Source: a virus (lineage: Duplodnaviria; Caudoviricetes). Taken from it: DNA of 55,886 nucleotides. Positions 9,314 to 18,615 of this stretch are shown here, piece by piece (positions within the stretch are counted from its first letter, which is position 1; the number at the start of each line of letters is the position of its first letter). The stretch spans positions 1-55,886 of the IMG/VR virus record IMGVR_UViG_3300011336_000523; one strand, given 5' to 3'. Made by a program: the position numbers and the translations under genes. The notes beneath the pieces are model-generated. The model was not told where the DNA came from and made no database searches. It was given only the letters and a program-made list of their open reading frames with translations.

Positions 9314-9854
9314 ATCTATTATAGAATTTCAAAAAGCTGGTGGTCATACTGTAGCTTATAGCACAGATAAAGATTATGTACCATCTATAGAAGATAGAAA
9401 ATTAAGATTAAAATTAATCTTTGAAGAATTATCAGAATTAGCATTTGCTTATGGTTTGTGCGGTACATTTAGTAAATTATGTACAGATTATATAGAAGAT
9501 AGTTTTTTAAATAAAAATGCAGTAGATACTAAAACTTTTAATAAAGAAGAATCTTTAGATGCACTATGTGATTTGTCTGTTGTAGTAAATGGTGGATATT
9601 GTATTTCAGGATTTACCGATATTGCTGAAGAAGCATATGAAGAAACTATGAAATCTAACATGTCTAAGTTTTGTTATTCTTTAGACGAAGCGTTAGCAAC
9701 TGTAGCTAATAAAGAAGATTGGACTTATAAACAAGTTGTGGTAAATAGCAAAATCATTTATGCTATTTTAAGAAAAGAAGATGGTAAGATAATGAAGAGT
9801 CCTGCTTTTTATAAGCCTGATTACAGTAAACTTTTAAATAAAGATGGAAAATAA
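9306..9854 (+). CDS. MazG-like (DR2231/PRA-PH type) nucleotide pyrophosphohydrolase
   Basis: LRLKLIFEELSEL, ESLDALCD, SNMSK and DGKIMK motifs. Confidence 0.88.
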   Translation: MLKSIIEFQKAGGHTVAYSTDKDYVPSIEDRKLRLKLIFEELSELAFAYGLCGTFSKLCTDYIEDSFLNKNAVDTKTFNKEESLDALCDLSVVVNGGYCISGFTDIAEEAYEETMKSNMSKFCYSLDEALATVANKEDWTYKQVVVNSKIIYAILRKEDGKIMKSPAFYKPDYSKLLNKDGK

Positions 9855-10155
9855 AGTACCGTATATAAAAGCTCTTGCTGCTCAAACTTGTATACATACA
9901 GCTGCTTGTTTAATAGAAGATATATTAGAAGATAAAGGTTATAATGTTTATAAAAATCCTAAAAATCCACCATCTAAATTATTAAAAGATTTATTAGCAG
10001 CAAGAAGTAAAATGAATGATTGTTGTCTTAAAATTATGCCTGATTTTAATGCTCAACAAACAGATTTTATTAATCAAGTTAGTTACATTATAGAAGATGT
10101 AATTAAAGATGTTTTTAATAAAAATTATGCAGAAAATACTAATAACAAAAGCTGA
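9844..10155 (+). CDS. Hypothetical protein (103 aa)
   Basis: ORF track; overlaps neighbours in operon fashion. Confidence 0.75.
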   Translation: MENKVPYIKALAAQTCIHTAACLIEDILEDKGYNVYKNPKNPPSKLLKDLLAARSKMNDCCLKIMPDFNAQQTDFINQVSYIIEDVIKDVFNKNYAENTNNKS

Positions 10156-10450
10156 AATAATAGATAAATTAAAAGATAAATTAGGTAAAGATTTTAATAA
10201 AGATAGTTTTATACTTATAACAACTCCATTTTTTAAATTTAAAAGTGTAGGTATAAAAAAACATGAATTAGAAAAAGGGATTTATTTAACATTACTAGAT
10301 AATAATGGTAATCCTATGTTTGATGGTAATATATTTTATTTTAAATATAGCGGTAACTTTAGTTTTATAGATTATTTATATAATTCTCAATATGATAAGT
10401 ACATGTTTCCTTTATGGAAATTAGGTGATTACGGAACAATCATTTATTAA
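10127..10450 (+). CDS. Hypothetical protein; likely start MQKILI
   Basis: ORF track 10109-10450, internal ATG preferred. Confidence 0.7.
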   Translation: MQKILITKAEIIDKLKDKLGKDFNKDSFILITTPFFKFKSVGIKKHELEKGIYLTLLDNNGNPMFDGNIFYFKYSGNFSFIDYLYNSQYDKYMFPLWKLGDYGTIIY

Positions 10451-10470
10451 ATTAATATTACTATGAAAAT

Positions 10471-11064
10471 ATGGAGGGTTCAATAATTATTGATGTAGAA
10501 GAATTAATAGATACAGGTATAACAATGGAACAATATTTTATATTGTGTACATTGTCATTAAATCGTGTAGATTTAATAGTAAAGTATGTTCATAAGTACG
10601 GTGAATTTAAAATAAGTGATTTAGAAAGTTTAAAAAATAAAGAACTTATTAATTATAATGAATTTACTAATGACATTACTACTATTAAATTAACAGATAA
10701 AGGAAATAGTTTTATTCATATAATGAAAGTAGAAAATCAAATTGAAAAGATACAATCAAACTCTATGCAATTTGATGAATTACTTGAATTATATCCTAAA
10801 AAAACTCCTAAAGGACGTGCGTTACAAGCAGGTTATAGGTTAAATAGAGAAAAATGGTCAAAAATGTATTTTGCTAATCTTAAAAAAAGTGGATTTACTC
10901 ATGAACAAGTTATAGATGCTGTTAAAAATGAGATTAAATCTAGAACAATAAACAATACTTTAGAGTATTTATCTATGTTACCTACATATATTAATCAAGG
11001 TAAATGGGATAGTTATATTTCTACTGTAGTTAATCCTGTACAATATGGAGACGACTTTAAATAA
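10471..11064 (+). CDS. Putative replication initiator / helicase loader (winged-helix N-terminus)
   Basis: LTDKG wing motif; FDELLELYPKK...TYINQGKW C-terminal domain; overlaps dnaB. Confidence 0.6.
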   Translation: MEGSIIIDVEELIDTGITMEQYFILCTLSLNRVDLIVKYVHKYGEFKISDLESLKNKELINYNEFTNDITTIKLTDKGNSFIHIMKVENQIEKIQSNSMQFDELLELYPKKTPKGRALQAGYRLNREKWSKMYFANLKKSGFTHEQVIDAVKNEIKSRTINNTLEYLSMLPTYINQGKWDSYISTVVNPVQYGDDFK

Positions 11065-12007
11065 TTTAGGTCTTGTTCATATTAAGGACGCTACTGAACA
11101 AGCATTAAAAGAAATAAAAGATAGAAAGGATAATTTAATTCGTCCTTTAAAAACAAGATGGGAAAAGTTTAATGATTTAATAGGTGGTGGTATAGAATTT
11201 AATAATTTAATTACTATTGCTGGTATTTCAGGTGCAGGTAAATCATCTATTGCAAATGAATTAGAAACTGCTTTATTTGATTATAATCCTGGAGAAAATT
11301 TTGTCGTATTAAGTTGGAATTACGAAATGACAAATAAAGCTCAAGTTATAAGAAAATTAAGTTATAAAACTAATTTAACAGTTAATGAAATTAAATCTGG
11401 TAAAGTAAAAATTTCAGATGATCAATATAATTCATTAGCAAAAGAAGCAAAAGATATTGCAAAATATAGAATTTATTATGCTGAAAAAACTAAAACACCT
11501 GAAGAAATGTGTCAAATGGTCAGACTTTTTCATGAAGAATGTAAAAAAGAATATGGAAAAGATTGTGGGTTAATTTGTTTTTTAGACCATACAAGATTAA
11601 CAAAGAAAAAAACAAATGAGTTTGATACTATCAATAGTTTACAAGAAATGTTTATTGAATTAAAAAAAGAAGATAAACGTACATTTGTACAACTTAGTCA
11701 ATTAAACAGAAGTATTGAATCTGTTGATAGAGTATCTAATCCATTAATGCATTTTCCTCAAAGATCAGATGTATTTGGTGCTGATTCAGTATATCAATCT
11801 TCTGATTTAGTAGTTTGTGCACATAGACCAGAATTGTTAAATCTACAATATTATAGTTTAAATAATTATGCTGTAAAAAATAAAGTGTATGTGCATGGTT
11901 TAAAAGTTAGAGAAGGTGAACCAGCTCCTATTAGATTTATTAACAATTTAAAGTATAATAGAATAGATGAAGACCCTGTATTACCAAAAATTAATGAATC
12001 TAATTAA
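11045..12007 (+). CDS. dnaB: DnaB-like replicative helicase
   Basis: IAGISGAGKS, YEM, FLDH, LSQLNR, HRP, KVREG motifs. Confidence 0.93.
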   Translation: METTLNNLGLVHIKDATEQALKEIKDRKDNLIRPLKTRWEKFNDLIGGGIEFNNLITIAGISGAGKSSIANELETALFDYNPGENFVVLSWNYEMTNKAQVIRKLSYKTNLTVNEIKSGKVKISDDQYNSLAKEAKDIAKYRIYYAEKTKTPEEMCQMVRLFHEECKKEYGKDCGLICFLDHTRLTKKKTNEFDTINSLQEMFIELKKEDKRTFVQLSQLNRSIESVDRVSNPLMHFPQRSDVFGADSVYQSSDLVVCAHRPELLNLQYYSLNNYAVKNKVYVHGLKVREGEPAPIRFINNLKYNRIDEDPVLPKINESN

Positions 12008-12018
12008 ATATTTAATTT

Positions 12019-12372
12019 ATGAGCAAAGTAACTTTAACAGAGGATCACCGATTAAAAGTGGTTGAAATGACAAAATTTATTATGTATGAGTATGATGTAA
12101 GTATTGATAATACTACATCACCATTTATTCATTATCAACACAAAATAGATACAGATAAAAAAGGTAAAATATATTGGTTAGAACATTTAGTCTACCATAT
12201 AGCAAAAAAGATATTAAATAGAGATGATAGTGCATTATTAATGTTTAGAACTTGTTGTTTATCTAACATTATGCCTATAGATTCACCACATCATCCTGTA
12301 TTATATCTTTATGAAAGATATAGAAGAAATAAAGAAGCTAAAGAAAAACAATTACAATTACCGTTAAATTAA
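12019..12372 (+). CDS. Hypothetical protein (117 aa)
   Basis: ORF track. Confidence 0.75.
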   Translation: MSKVTLTEDHRLKVVEMTKFIMYEYDVSIDNTTSPFIHYQHKIDTDKKGKIYWLEHLVYHIAKKILNRDDSALLMFRTCCLSNIMPIDSPHHPVLYLYERYRRNKEAKEKQLQLPLN

Positions 12373-12380
12373 AACAAATT

Positions 12381-14165
12381 ATGGGAAAAACAGTAGGTAT
12401 TTTTTCAATGAGTGGTGAAGGTAAAACTACATCCACAATCGTAAATCCAGATGGTAAATACGATTTTAGTAAAGAAGGATATAAAGGTATAAATCCAAAA
12501 TCTCATTTTATCATTAATTGTGATAAAAAAGAATTACCTTTTCCTGGAAATATGTGGTCTGCTGAAGAAAAAAATTATGCATCTACTTCAGATTATGATT
12601 CTATCATAAAATGTATAGATTATTGTTCTAAAACACCTGATATTAAATCAGTTGCAATAGATACAATAAATTCGTATCTTACATTTAAAGAATTCAATGA
12701 CAGAAAGAAAATGACTTTCGATCAGTTAAACTAACTTATTTACAATAATATTTTGAAAATACGTAAAATTGATTTACATTTACATTAATGTAATCAATAT
12801 GAATAATAAATTAAATCATGCTTTAATAGAATCTCTTGTTTTAGAAGGAAAATCTTATTTAGAAGTTTGTGAAATTACTAAATATAATAAAAATTCTGTA
12901 TATGGTTGGTGTTTGAAAAGATTTGGAAAACTTTCAGATAGAAATAAAATTCGTAGACAGGTAATAGAAATTTCACAAAAACAAAAAGAGATAATATTTG
13001 GTACTTTATTAGGAGATGGTAATTTAAGAAAAGTAAAAAACTCTTATTGGGGAAGAACTAATCATTCTTTATCTCAACAAGAATATTGCTTATTTAAGCA
13101 AAAAGAACTTTTAGAATTAACTTATTCTGTAGCGTACTCAGATAAAAAATTAAAACAGTTTCCAAATAAAACTTATAAACAATGCTACTTTTGCTTTAAA
13201 CCTAATGAAAATTTAAAGTACTTTTATAATGCTTTTTACTATAAAGAAAAAAAAGATATACCATTAGATTTAACTTTACTTACACCACTTGCTTTAGCAA
13301 TTTGGTTTATGGATGATGGTACAGCTTCTAGTAAATGCAGCATTAGTATAGCAACATGTAGTTTTAGTTTAGAAGGATTAATTAGATTAAAAGAGTTTTT
13401 AAAACTTAAATATGATTTAGATATTATAATTCAAAAAGATTTCAAAATATACTTTACAGCAGATTCTGGAAAAAAGTTTTTTAAATTAGTAAAACCATAT
13501 ATTTTAGAATCTATGCTATATAAGTTTAAACATGTAAATACTCTGCTGATCTAAAATCTCGTGAATCTGGGAAAGTCTTGAAGAAGATAACCCTTATCCA
13601 AGTTATATAGAAATATATAAAAGGAACAACGACTAGTATATACTTTCTTAATGGGTAGTGCCAAAGAAAATGAAATACCAAGAGTGCGGGACATTTACCT
13701 ATATATACTAATATTAAGTGGTAAATGAAGAGATAGTCTGAACTGTATATAACAAAATAAAATACAGAACTAAAGAATAAAGAGTCTTTAGGATAACAAT
13801 TTCTTGGGAGAGATTTAGCTCTTGACATTGTAGAATTAATTAATTTATGTAATACTAAACTTCGTAAAGACCAAATTGCATATTTATTTGGTCATGTTGA
13901 ATTAATTACAGATGTAAATGGTGAAGAGAAAAAAGTATTAGCAACTACAGGTAAAAAATTAAAAAAGATATTTCCTGAATCTTTGCTTCCTATTGTATTA
14001 TTTGGTAGAGTAGAAGGTGGATTAGATGGTGATAATACTCATTATTTTGAAACCAAAGCATCAAAATCAACTAGTAAAACTCCAATAGGTATGTTTAATG
14101 ATTTTCTAATTCCAAATAGTTTGAAATTAGTAGATGATGCTATTCGTAATTATTATAAAATTTAA
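12381..14165 (+). CDS. Sak4/AAA_24-like P-loop ATPase, spliced from exons 12381-12726 and 13807-14165, 234 aa
   Basis: SGEGKTTS, INCDKKELPF, VAIDT; splicing gives FDQ|W|RDLA...FGH...TTGKKL...KTPIGMF; 705 nt in frame; next to SSB and primase. Confidence 0.88.
12752..12782 (+). promoter_or_regulatory. Bacteroidetes-type promoter candidate inside intron 2
   Basis: TTTG-N19-TACATTTA (one mismatch to TAnnTTTG), 16 nt upstream of ATG 12799. Confidence 0.45.
12799..13554 (+). CDS. Intron-encoded LAGLIDADG_2-type homing endonuclease; likely start ATG 12799
   Basis: IIFGTLLGDG and LAIWFMDDG motifs. Confidence 0.93.
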   Translation: MNNKLNHALIESLVLEGKSYLEVCEITKYNKNSVYGWCLKRFGKLSDRNKIRRQVIEISQKQKEIIFGTLLGDGNLRKVKNSYWGRTNHSLSQQEYCLFKQKELLELTYSVAYSDKKLKQFPNKTYKQCYFCFKPNENLKYFYNAFYYKEKKDIPLDLTLLTPLALAIWFMDDGTASSKCSISIATCSFSLEGLIRLKEFLKLKYDLDIIIQKDFKIYFTADSGKKFFKLVKPYILESMLYKFKHVNTLLI

Positions 14166-14195
14166 ATCAATTTTTAACCTTAAACAATTTATATT

Positions 14196-14471
14196 ATGTC
14201 AAATGTAAGAACAATTTTAAAACAAACATTGCAAAATCTTGTAGACGAGAAAAAATCAGTAGAAGAAATTGCTGAAATCTTAGGAGCTCCTAAATCTAAA
14301 ATTAAAGAAGGTTTGAAATTCTTTGATATTAAATTACCAAGAGCTTCAAGAGGTGGTATCATTTGGAACTTCTTAGATGAAGAAGCTGAATTTGATGTTC
14401 CTGTAGCTATAGAAGCTCCTGTAATTGTAACAGAAGATACTACTAATAACAACGTACCATTAACATTTTAA
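14196..14471 (+). CDS. Small HTH-like protein with acidic tail
   Basis: SVEEIAEILGAPKSKIKE pattern; followed by a terminator. Confidence 0.75.
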   Translation: MSNVRTILKQTLQNLVDEKKSVEEIAEILGAPKSKIKEGLKFFDIKLPRASRGGIIWNFLDEEAEFDVPVAIEAPVIVTEDTTNNNVPLTF

Positions 14472-14481
14472 TTATTTACTT

Positions 14482-14521
14482 AATAGGGTTTGCATTTAGT
14501 TGTAAACCCTATTTTTATTTT
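14482..14521 (+). terminator. Intrinsic terminator
   Basis: AATAGGGTTTGCA/TGTAAACCCTATT stem plus T tract. Confidence 0.75.
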
Positions 14522-14549
14522 ATTTGTAACCTTTAAATTAAATTATATT

Positions 14550-15143
14550 ATGTCAAATTTCTCATTTAGCAAAACCGAAGAAGTAAAACAAACCGTAGGT
14601 GTTAAAGCATCAACTGGTATTCATGAATTTAAAATTGTTTCTGTAGATATTATAGAAATAAAAGGTAAAGATGGTAACCCAGATTGGGAAAAAGGTCAAT
14701 TAAATTTAGTATGTACTAAAACAATTGAAGGTAAAGATTCAGTTGGTAAAACAATGAATTATGATATTCTTTATCCTAAAGATGAAGAAGGAGCTGAAAA
14801 ACTAGGTAAAAGATTAATGCATATATTATCTAAAGTTTCTACTAAAGATAAAATAGAAACTGTAAAAGATTCTATTAAAAAATTAGATTTGACTTCTATC
14901 AAAACTTTGATGAATGGTATTAAAAAGATAGTTGAAAACAGGTCTTTACGTCTAAAAATTGTAGCTAATAGAGAAGGTAAATATCCTACTATTCCTTTGT
15001 ATTATTCTGGTTATGCTGAAACTATAGATACTAATCCTTCTGAACTACGCTATGATGCTGATAAAGAAGGTATTAAAACAGCTCCTACTAATACAGAAAG
15101 TGTTGTAGAAGATTTTGAAATGGTAGATGATCTTCCATTTTAA
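14550..15143 (+). CDS. Putative single-stranded DNA-binding protein (DUF669-like); likely start ATG 14550
   Basis: C-terminal acidic DDLPF tail; lies between the Sak4-like ATPase and primase. Confidence 0.75.
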   Translation: MSNFSFSKTEEVKQTVGVKASTGIHEFKIVSVDIIEIKGKDGNPDWEKGQLNLVCTKTIEGKDSVGKTMNYDILYPKDEEGAEKLGKRLMHILSKVSTKDKIETVKDSIKKLDLTSIKTLMNGIKKIVENRSLRLKIVANREGKYPTIPLYYSGYAETIDTNPSELRYDADKEGIKTAPTNTESVVEDFEMVDDLPF

Positions 15144-15167
15144 TTAAATTTTTAATTTGTAAATAAT

Positions 15168-15202
15168 AAGTAGGGATTGTAAATTTGCTTTCCCTACTTT
15201 TT
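15168..15202 (+). terminator. Intrinsic terminator
   Basis: AAGTAGGGA/TCCCTACTT stem plus T tract. Confidence 0.7.
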
Positions 15203-15210
15203 ACTCCACT

Positions 15211-16176
15211 ATGTTTTCATTTAATAATGTTAAAGAACAAGAAACATTGTCTCCAAGAGAGACTATAGAACAAATAGGGGAAGAAAATATTTATTTTAAA
15301 TATTTAGGATATTATCCAGAACCAAATAAAAAATATAAATCACCGTTTTCAAAAGATAAAACACCTTCATTTTCATTTAAACAATACGATAATTTAATTT
15401 TTAAATGTTTTAGTACTAATAAAGGTGGAGATTGTATTAAATTAGTGTCTGAATTATATAATGAATCTTACAAAAATGCAGTCAAAAGAATATTGTTCGA
15501 CTTTAAAACAGGAAATACGATACAAGATAAACCTGAAATATTGGGTGCAAGTAAATTTATTAGATATAATACTGAAATACAAGTGGTTTTACAACCTTAT
15601 AGTAAAAGTGATTTAATTTATTGGGAACAAGGAAATATAGATATAAATACTCTTAATTTTTTTAATGTTAAAGTTGCAAAAGAAGTATGGTTAAATAAAG
15701 GAGAAGGATATAAATATGTGTGGAATTATGTATCAAAAAATCCTATATTCAGATATTTAATAAATGGTAAATACAAATGTTACAGACCTTTAGAACCAGA
15801 TAAATCTTTTAAATGGTTAAGTAATATGACTAGTAAAGAATGGCAAGGTTTTAATCAATTACCTGATAAAAATAATATATTAATTATCACCAAATCTATG
15901 AAAGATATTATGGTTTGGTATAAATTAGGTTATCCTGCTGTTTCACCATCATCTGAATCTCAAATAATTAAACCTGAAATTTTTGATTATTTTTATAGTA
16001 GATTTAATAAAATCTATCTTAATTATGATTTTGATAAAACTGGTATATCTCAGGCTTCACAATATGATGTACCTAAAATCTTTACGTTTGACGATAACTG
16101 CAAAGATGTTTTTGAGTTAGTTAAAACAAGAGGTTTTACAGAAGCAAAACAAAAATTAGTAACACAAATTAATTAA
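15211..16176 (+). CDS. crAss-type DnaG-like primase
   Basis: SPF.KDKTPSF...FKCF...GGD N-terminal domain; IITKSMKD; YDFDKTG TOPRIM motif. Confidence 0.88.
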   Translation: MFSFNNVKEQETLSPRETIEQIGEENIYFKYLGYYPEPNKKYKSPFSKDKTPSFSFKQYDNLIFKCFSTNKGGDCIKLVSELYNESYKNAVKRILFDFKTGNTIQDKPEILGASKFIRYNTEIQVVLQPYSKSDLIYWEQGNIDINTLNFFNVKVAKEVWLNKGEGYKYVWNYVSKNPIFRYLINGKYKCYRPLEPDKSFKWLSNMTSKEWQGFNQLPDKNNILIITKSMKDIMVWYKLGYPAVSPSSESQIIKPEIFDYFYSRFNKIYLNYDFDKTGISQASQYDVPKIFTFDDNCKDVFELVKTRGFTEAKQKLVTQIN

Positions 16177-16184
16177 ATTTTATT

Positions 16185-16688
16185 ATGAAAGCTGCATTTA
16201 TTATTAAAAACAAAAATCTTTCAAACGCTGTTTGTATGTTTGCTGAAAAATTAGGATTATCTGTTGATTCAGATAATTTTGAAAGAAAATCTGGAGAAGC
16301 AATTTCTATTGGTACTTCTAAAAAATATGTAGTAGCAGGTAATTCAAAACCTAGCTTTTATGAAGACAAATATGATTTAAATGTTGAAGAACTTACTACT
16401 GATAATGTATTGGATTGTATTGAAGCTATTATAACACATTATAATAGTTCTGCAGATGAAAATCTTGATACAACATTTGATGGAGTATCTGATGAAATAG
16501 ATGATTCAGGTTATAACCATGAAATTATTAATCTTCTTGTTGCTAAAGTTAAAAAGCAAAAAAAATCTATTAAAAACTATTGGGTTGTAGCAAATGATTT
16601 TAATGATTATTCATTAACAACTAATGCTGATGCTGATGGTGTGGTAGGTAATTTATTCCACATATTTAATGAAATTAATGCTGACTAA
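16185..16688 (+). CDS. Hypothetical acidic protein (167 aa)
   Basis: ORF track. Confidence 0.8.
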   Translation: MKAAFIIKNKNLSNAVCMFAEKLGLSVDSDNFERKSGEAISIGTSKKYVVAGNSKPSFYEDKYDLNVEELTTDNVLDCIEAIITHYNSSADENLDTTFDGVSDEIDDSGYNHEIINLLVAKVKKQKKSIKNYWVVANDFNDYSLTTNADADGVVGNLFHIFNEINAD

Positions 16689-16701
16689 GCATTAATTTTA
16701 C

Positions 16702-16736
16702 AAAGCAAGTAATCTTTATGGTTACTTGCTTTTTTT
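16702..16736 (+). terminator. Intrinsic terminator
   Basis: AAAGCAAGTAAT/GTTACTTGCTTT stem plus T run. Confidence 0.8.
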
Positions 16737-16761
16737 AATTTAAATTTAAATATTAATAACT

Positions 16762-18615
16762 ATGTCTTACGCTATTAAAATTGATGTAGATAATGGTGAA
16801 ATAAGTTTATCTAAAAGTATTTTAGAAGAAACTAAACGATTAACAATTTTAAATTTTGCTTTTTTTGAAGGTGGTTTTAGTTTTTATTTTTCTAAGAAAG
16901 GTAGAGATTTAGGACATCATAGACTTGCAATTGATAAAGAAACTAAAATAATAAAAAATTCTCATTATTCTCAGTTATTATGTGAAGCAATAGGGTTTCA
17001 AAACGATTGGAAAATTAGATTACATAAAGATAATTTAATAATAGAAGATAAATATCAAAAAAAACGAATTTATGTTGTTTATTTAGAAAAAATAACTGAT
17101 GGATGTTTTAGAACATTGACTAATTCTTCTAATTTAATACAAACTAATAATTTAAGATATTCATTATCATCATCTAAGAAAAAAATATTAGTATTTGATG
17201 AAGAAGTTGATAATATAAAAAATGTATTTACTAAACAGTATTATAATGAAAGTTATAATCTAGATAATAAACTGTTTCATTATTTTTATCAAAAATATTC
17301 ACCTACAGATTTAAAAATATGTAATAAAAATAATTTTATTGGTTATAAAGTTTTAACTACTATAATGGGTAAAAAGTTTATTGTTCTTAACACAATAAAA
17401 GCTATTAATTCTAGTATTTTTTCTTCTGAAAATTTTACTTCAATTGTTTTATCTAAATTTGGTAGACACATTAAATATCTTTATCCTAAAATAGAAATAA
17501 TAAAAGTAGAAGATAAAGAAGAATTATATGTATCTTTTTTAAGTTACAATAGATTATTAGACTTTTATTATAATCATAATGTTTCTCTTACAGATTTTTC
17601 TATATTATTTAAAAATAGTAAAAGACAAAATATAAAACTAACAAAGTACATACAAGCATTAGATTCATCTTTAACTGCTGAACAAGTAAAAGAAGAATAT
17701 GATAAAATCATGTTTTTTATTAAACCTTTTAAACCTGATATAAAAGAAGTTAAAGGAGAAGAAATAGTATATTGGTACGATGAAAAAAACTATATGGATT
17801 TTGATAAAGCTTCTGTATTATTTTCTTGTATGCGATACGCTAAATATGCTGAATGTATACGCTTTTACGCTAAAAATAAAAATGCTTCATTATTAATATT
17901 AACAGTAGGTGATAAATTAGTAGGTAGAGCTATTATATGGGATTGTGTAGATGGTACAAGAGTAATGGATAGACCTTATGTTTTAAAAGAATCAGATTAT
18001 ATAATATTTGAAAACTATAGAAAAGATAATAATATATTGTTTGCGTATGATTATAGAAAAAGAGTAAATTTTAATTCTAAAGGTTATGGTGTTGGTCAAT
18101 TTAGTAATGAATATAGTAGAAATTTTGAAATAAAATTAGATTATATACCTAAAAAAACTTTAGATCATTTTACATATATAGATGAATTTGTCATGCAAAT
18201 TGTAAATCATACAGGTACATATGATCTTCCTTATTTTGATAATTTTTCGTTTATAGATATTGAAAATAATTTATTGTTTAATCCAAGAGATATAAATGCT
18301 TATAAATTAAGTTTAAAAAATTATTTTAAATGCGAAGTATCTGGAAATATTTTACCTATTAAATATAAAGAAACACTATTAGATGGTAGAAATGTATCAA
18401 AAAAACTTACTGTTTATTCTAAATATTATAACGGAATAATTCTTGTTGAAGAAACAGTAATTATAGATAATGATTATATATTATTAAATGATTGTGAATA
18501 TATTAATAAAAAATGGGTAATAAAAAACAATAAAAAAGAAAAAGAAAAAGAAGAAATTAAATTTTTAATCAATAACGAAGAATTAGAATATGTTGACGAG
18601 ATTACAATTGCTTAA
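16762..18615 (+). CDS. Uncharacterised phage protein with SCMR...GRAxxW...MDRxY...PYxD domain
   Basis: 617 aa; motif-bearing C-terminal half; overlaps the peptidase gene. Confidence 0.8.
   Translation: MSYAIKIDVDNGEISLSKSILEETKRLTILNFAFFEGGFSFYFSKKGRDLGHHRLAIDKETKIIKNSHYSQLLCEAIGFQNDWKIRLHKDNLIIEDKYQKKRIYVVYLEKITDGCFRTLTNSSNLIQTNNLRYSLSSSKKKILVFDEEVDNIKNVFTKQYYNESYNLDNKLFHYFYQKYSPTDLKICNKNNFIGYKVLTTIMGKKFIVLNTIKAINSSIFSSENFTSIVLSKFGRHIKYLYPKIEIIKVEDKEELYVSFLSYNRLLDFYYNHNVSLTDFSILFKNSKRQNIKLTKYIQALDSSLTAEQVKEEYDKIMFFIKPFKPDIKEVKGEEIVYWYDEKNYMDFDKASVLFSCMRYAKYAECIRFYAKNKNASLLILTVGDKLVGRAIIWDCVDGTRVMDRPYVLKESDYIIFENYRKDNNILFAYDYRKRVNFNSKGYGVGQFSNEYSRNFEIKLDYIPKKTLDHFTYIDEFVMQIVNHTGTYDLPYFDNFSFIDIENNLLFNPRDINAYKLSLKNYFKCEVSGNILPIKYKETLLDGRNVSKKLTVYSKYYNGIILVEETVIIDNDYILLNDCEYINKKWVIKNNKKEKEKEEIKFLINNEELEYVDEITIA

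Larger units (their letters stand above)
12727..13806 (+). ncRNA. Group I self-splicing intron (1080 nt)
   Basis: Exon end GATCAGT pairs with GCTGATC 13545-13551 (P1 with U.G); CTCT 13541-13544 pairs with 3' exon GGAG (P10); P3 TCTCG/CGGGA; P7 GACTA/TAGTC; terminal G13806. Confidence 0.93.

Noticed and set aside
13526-13828. 100-aa minus-strand ORF
   Set aside because: Antisense to the intron catalytic core; not protein-like.
6152-14165. ORFs 6152-6379 and 13983-14165 as independent genes
   Set aside because: They are the 3' parts of exon 2 of polA and of the ATPase gene.
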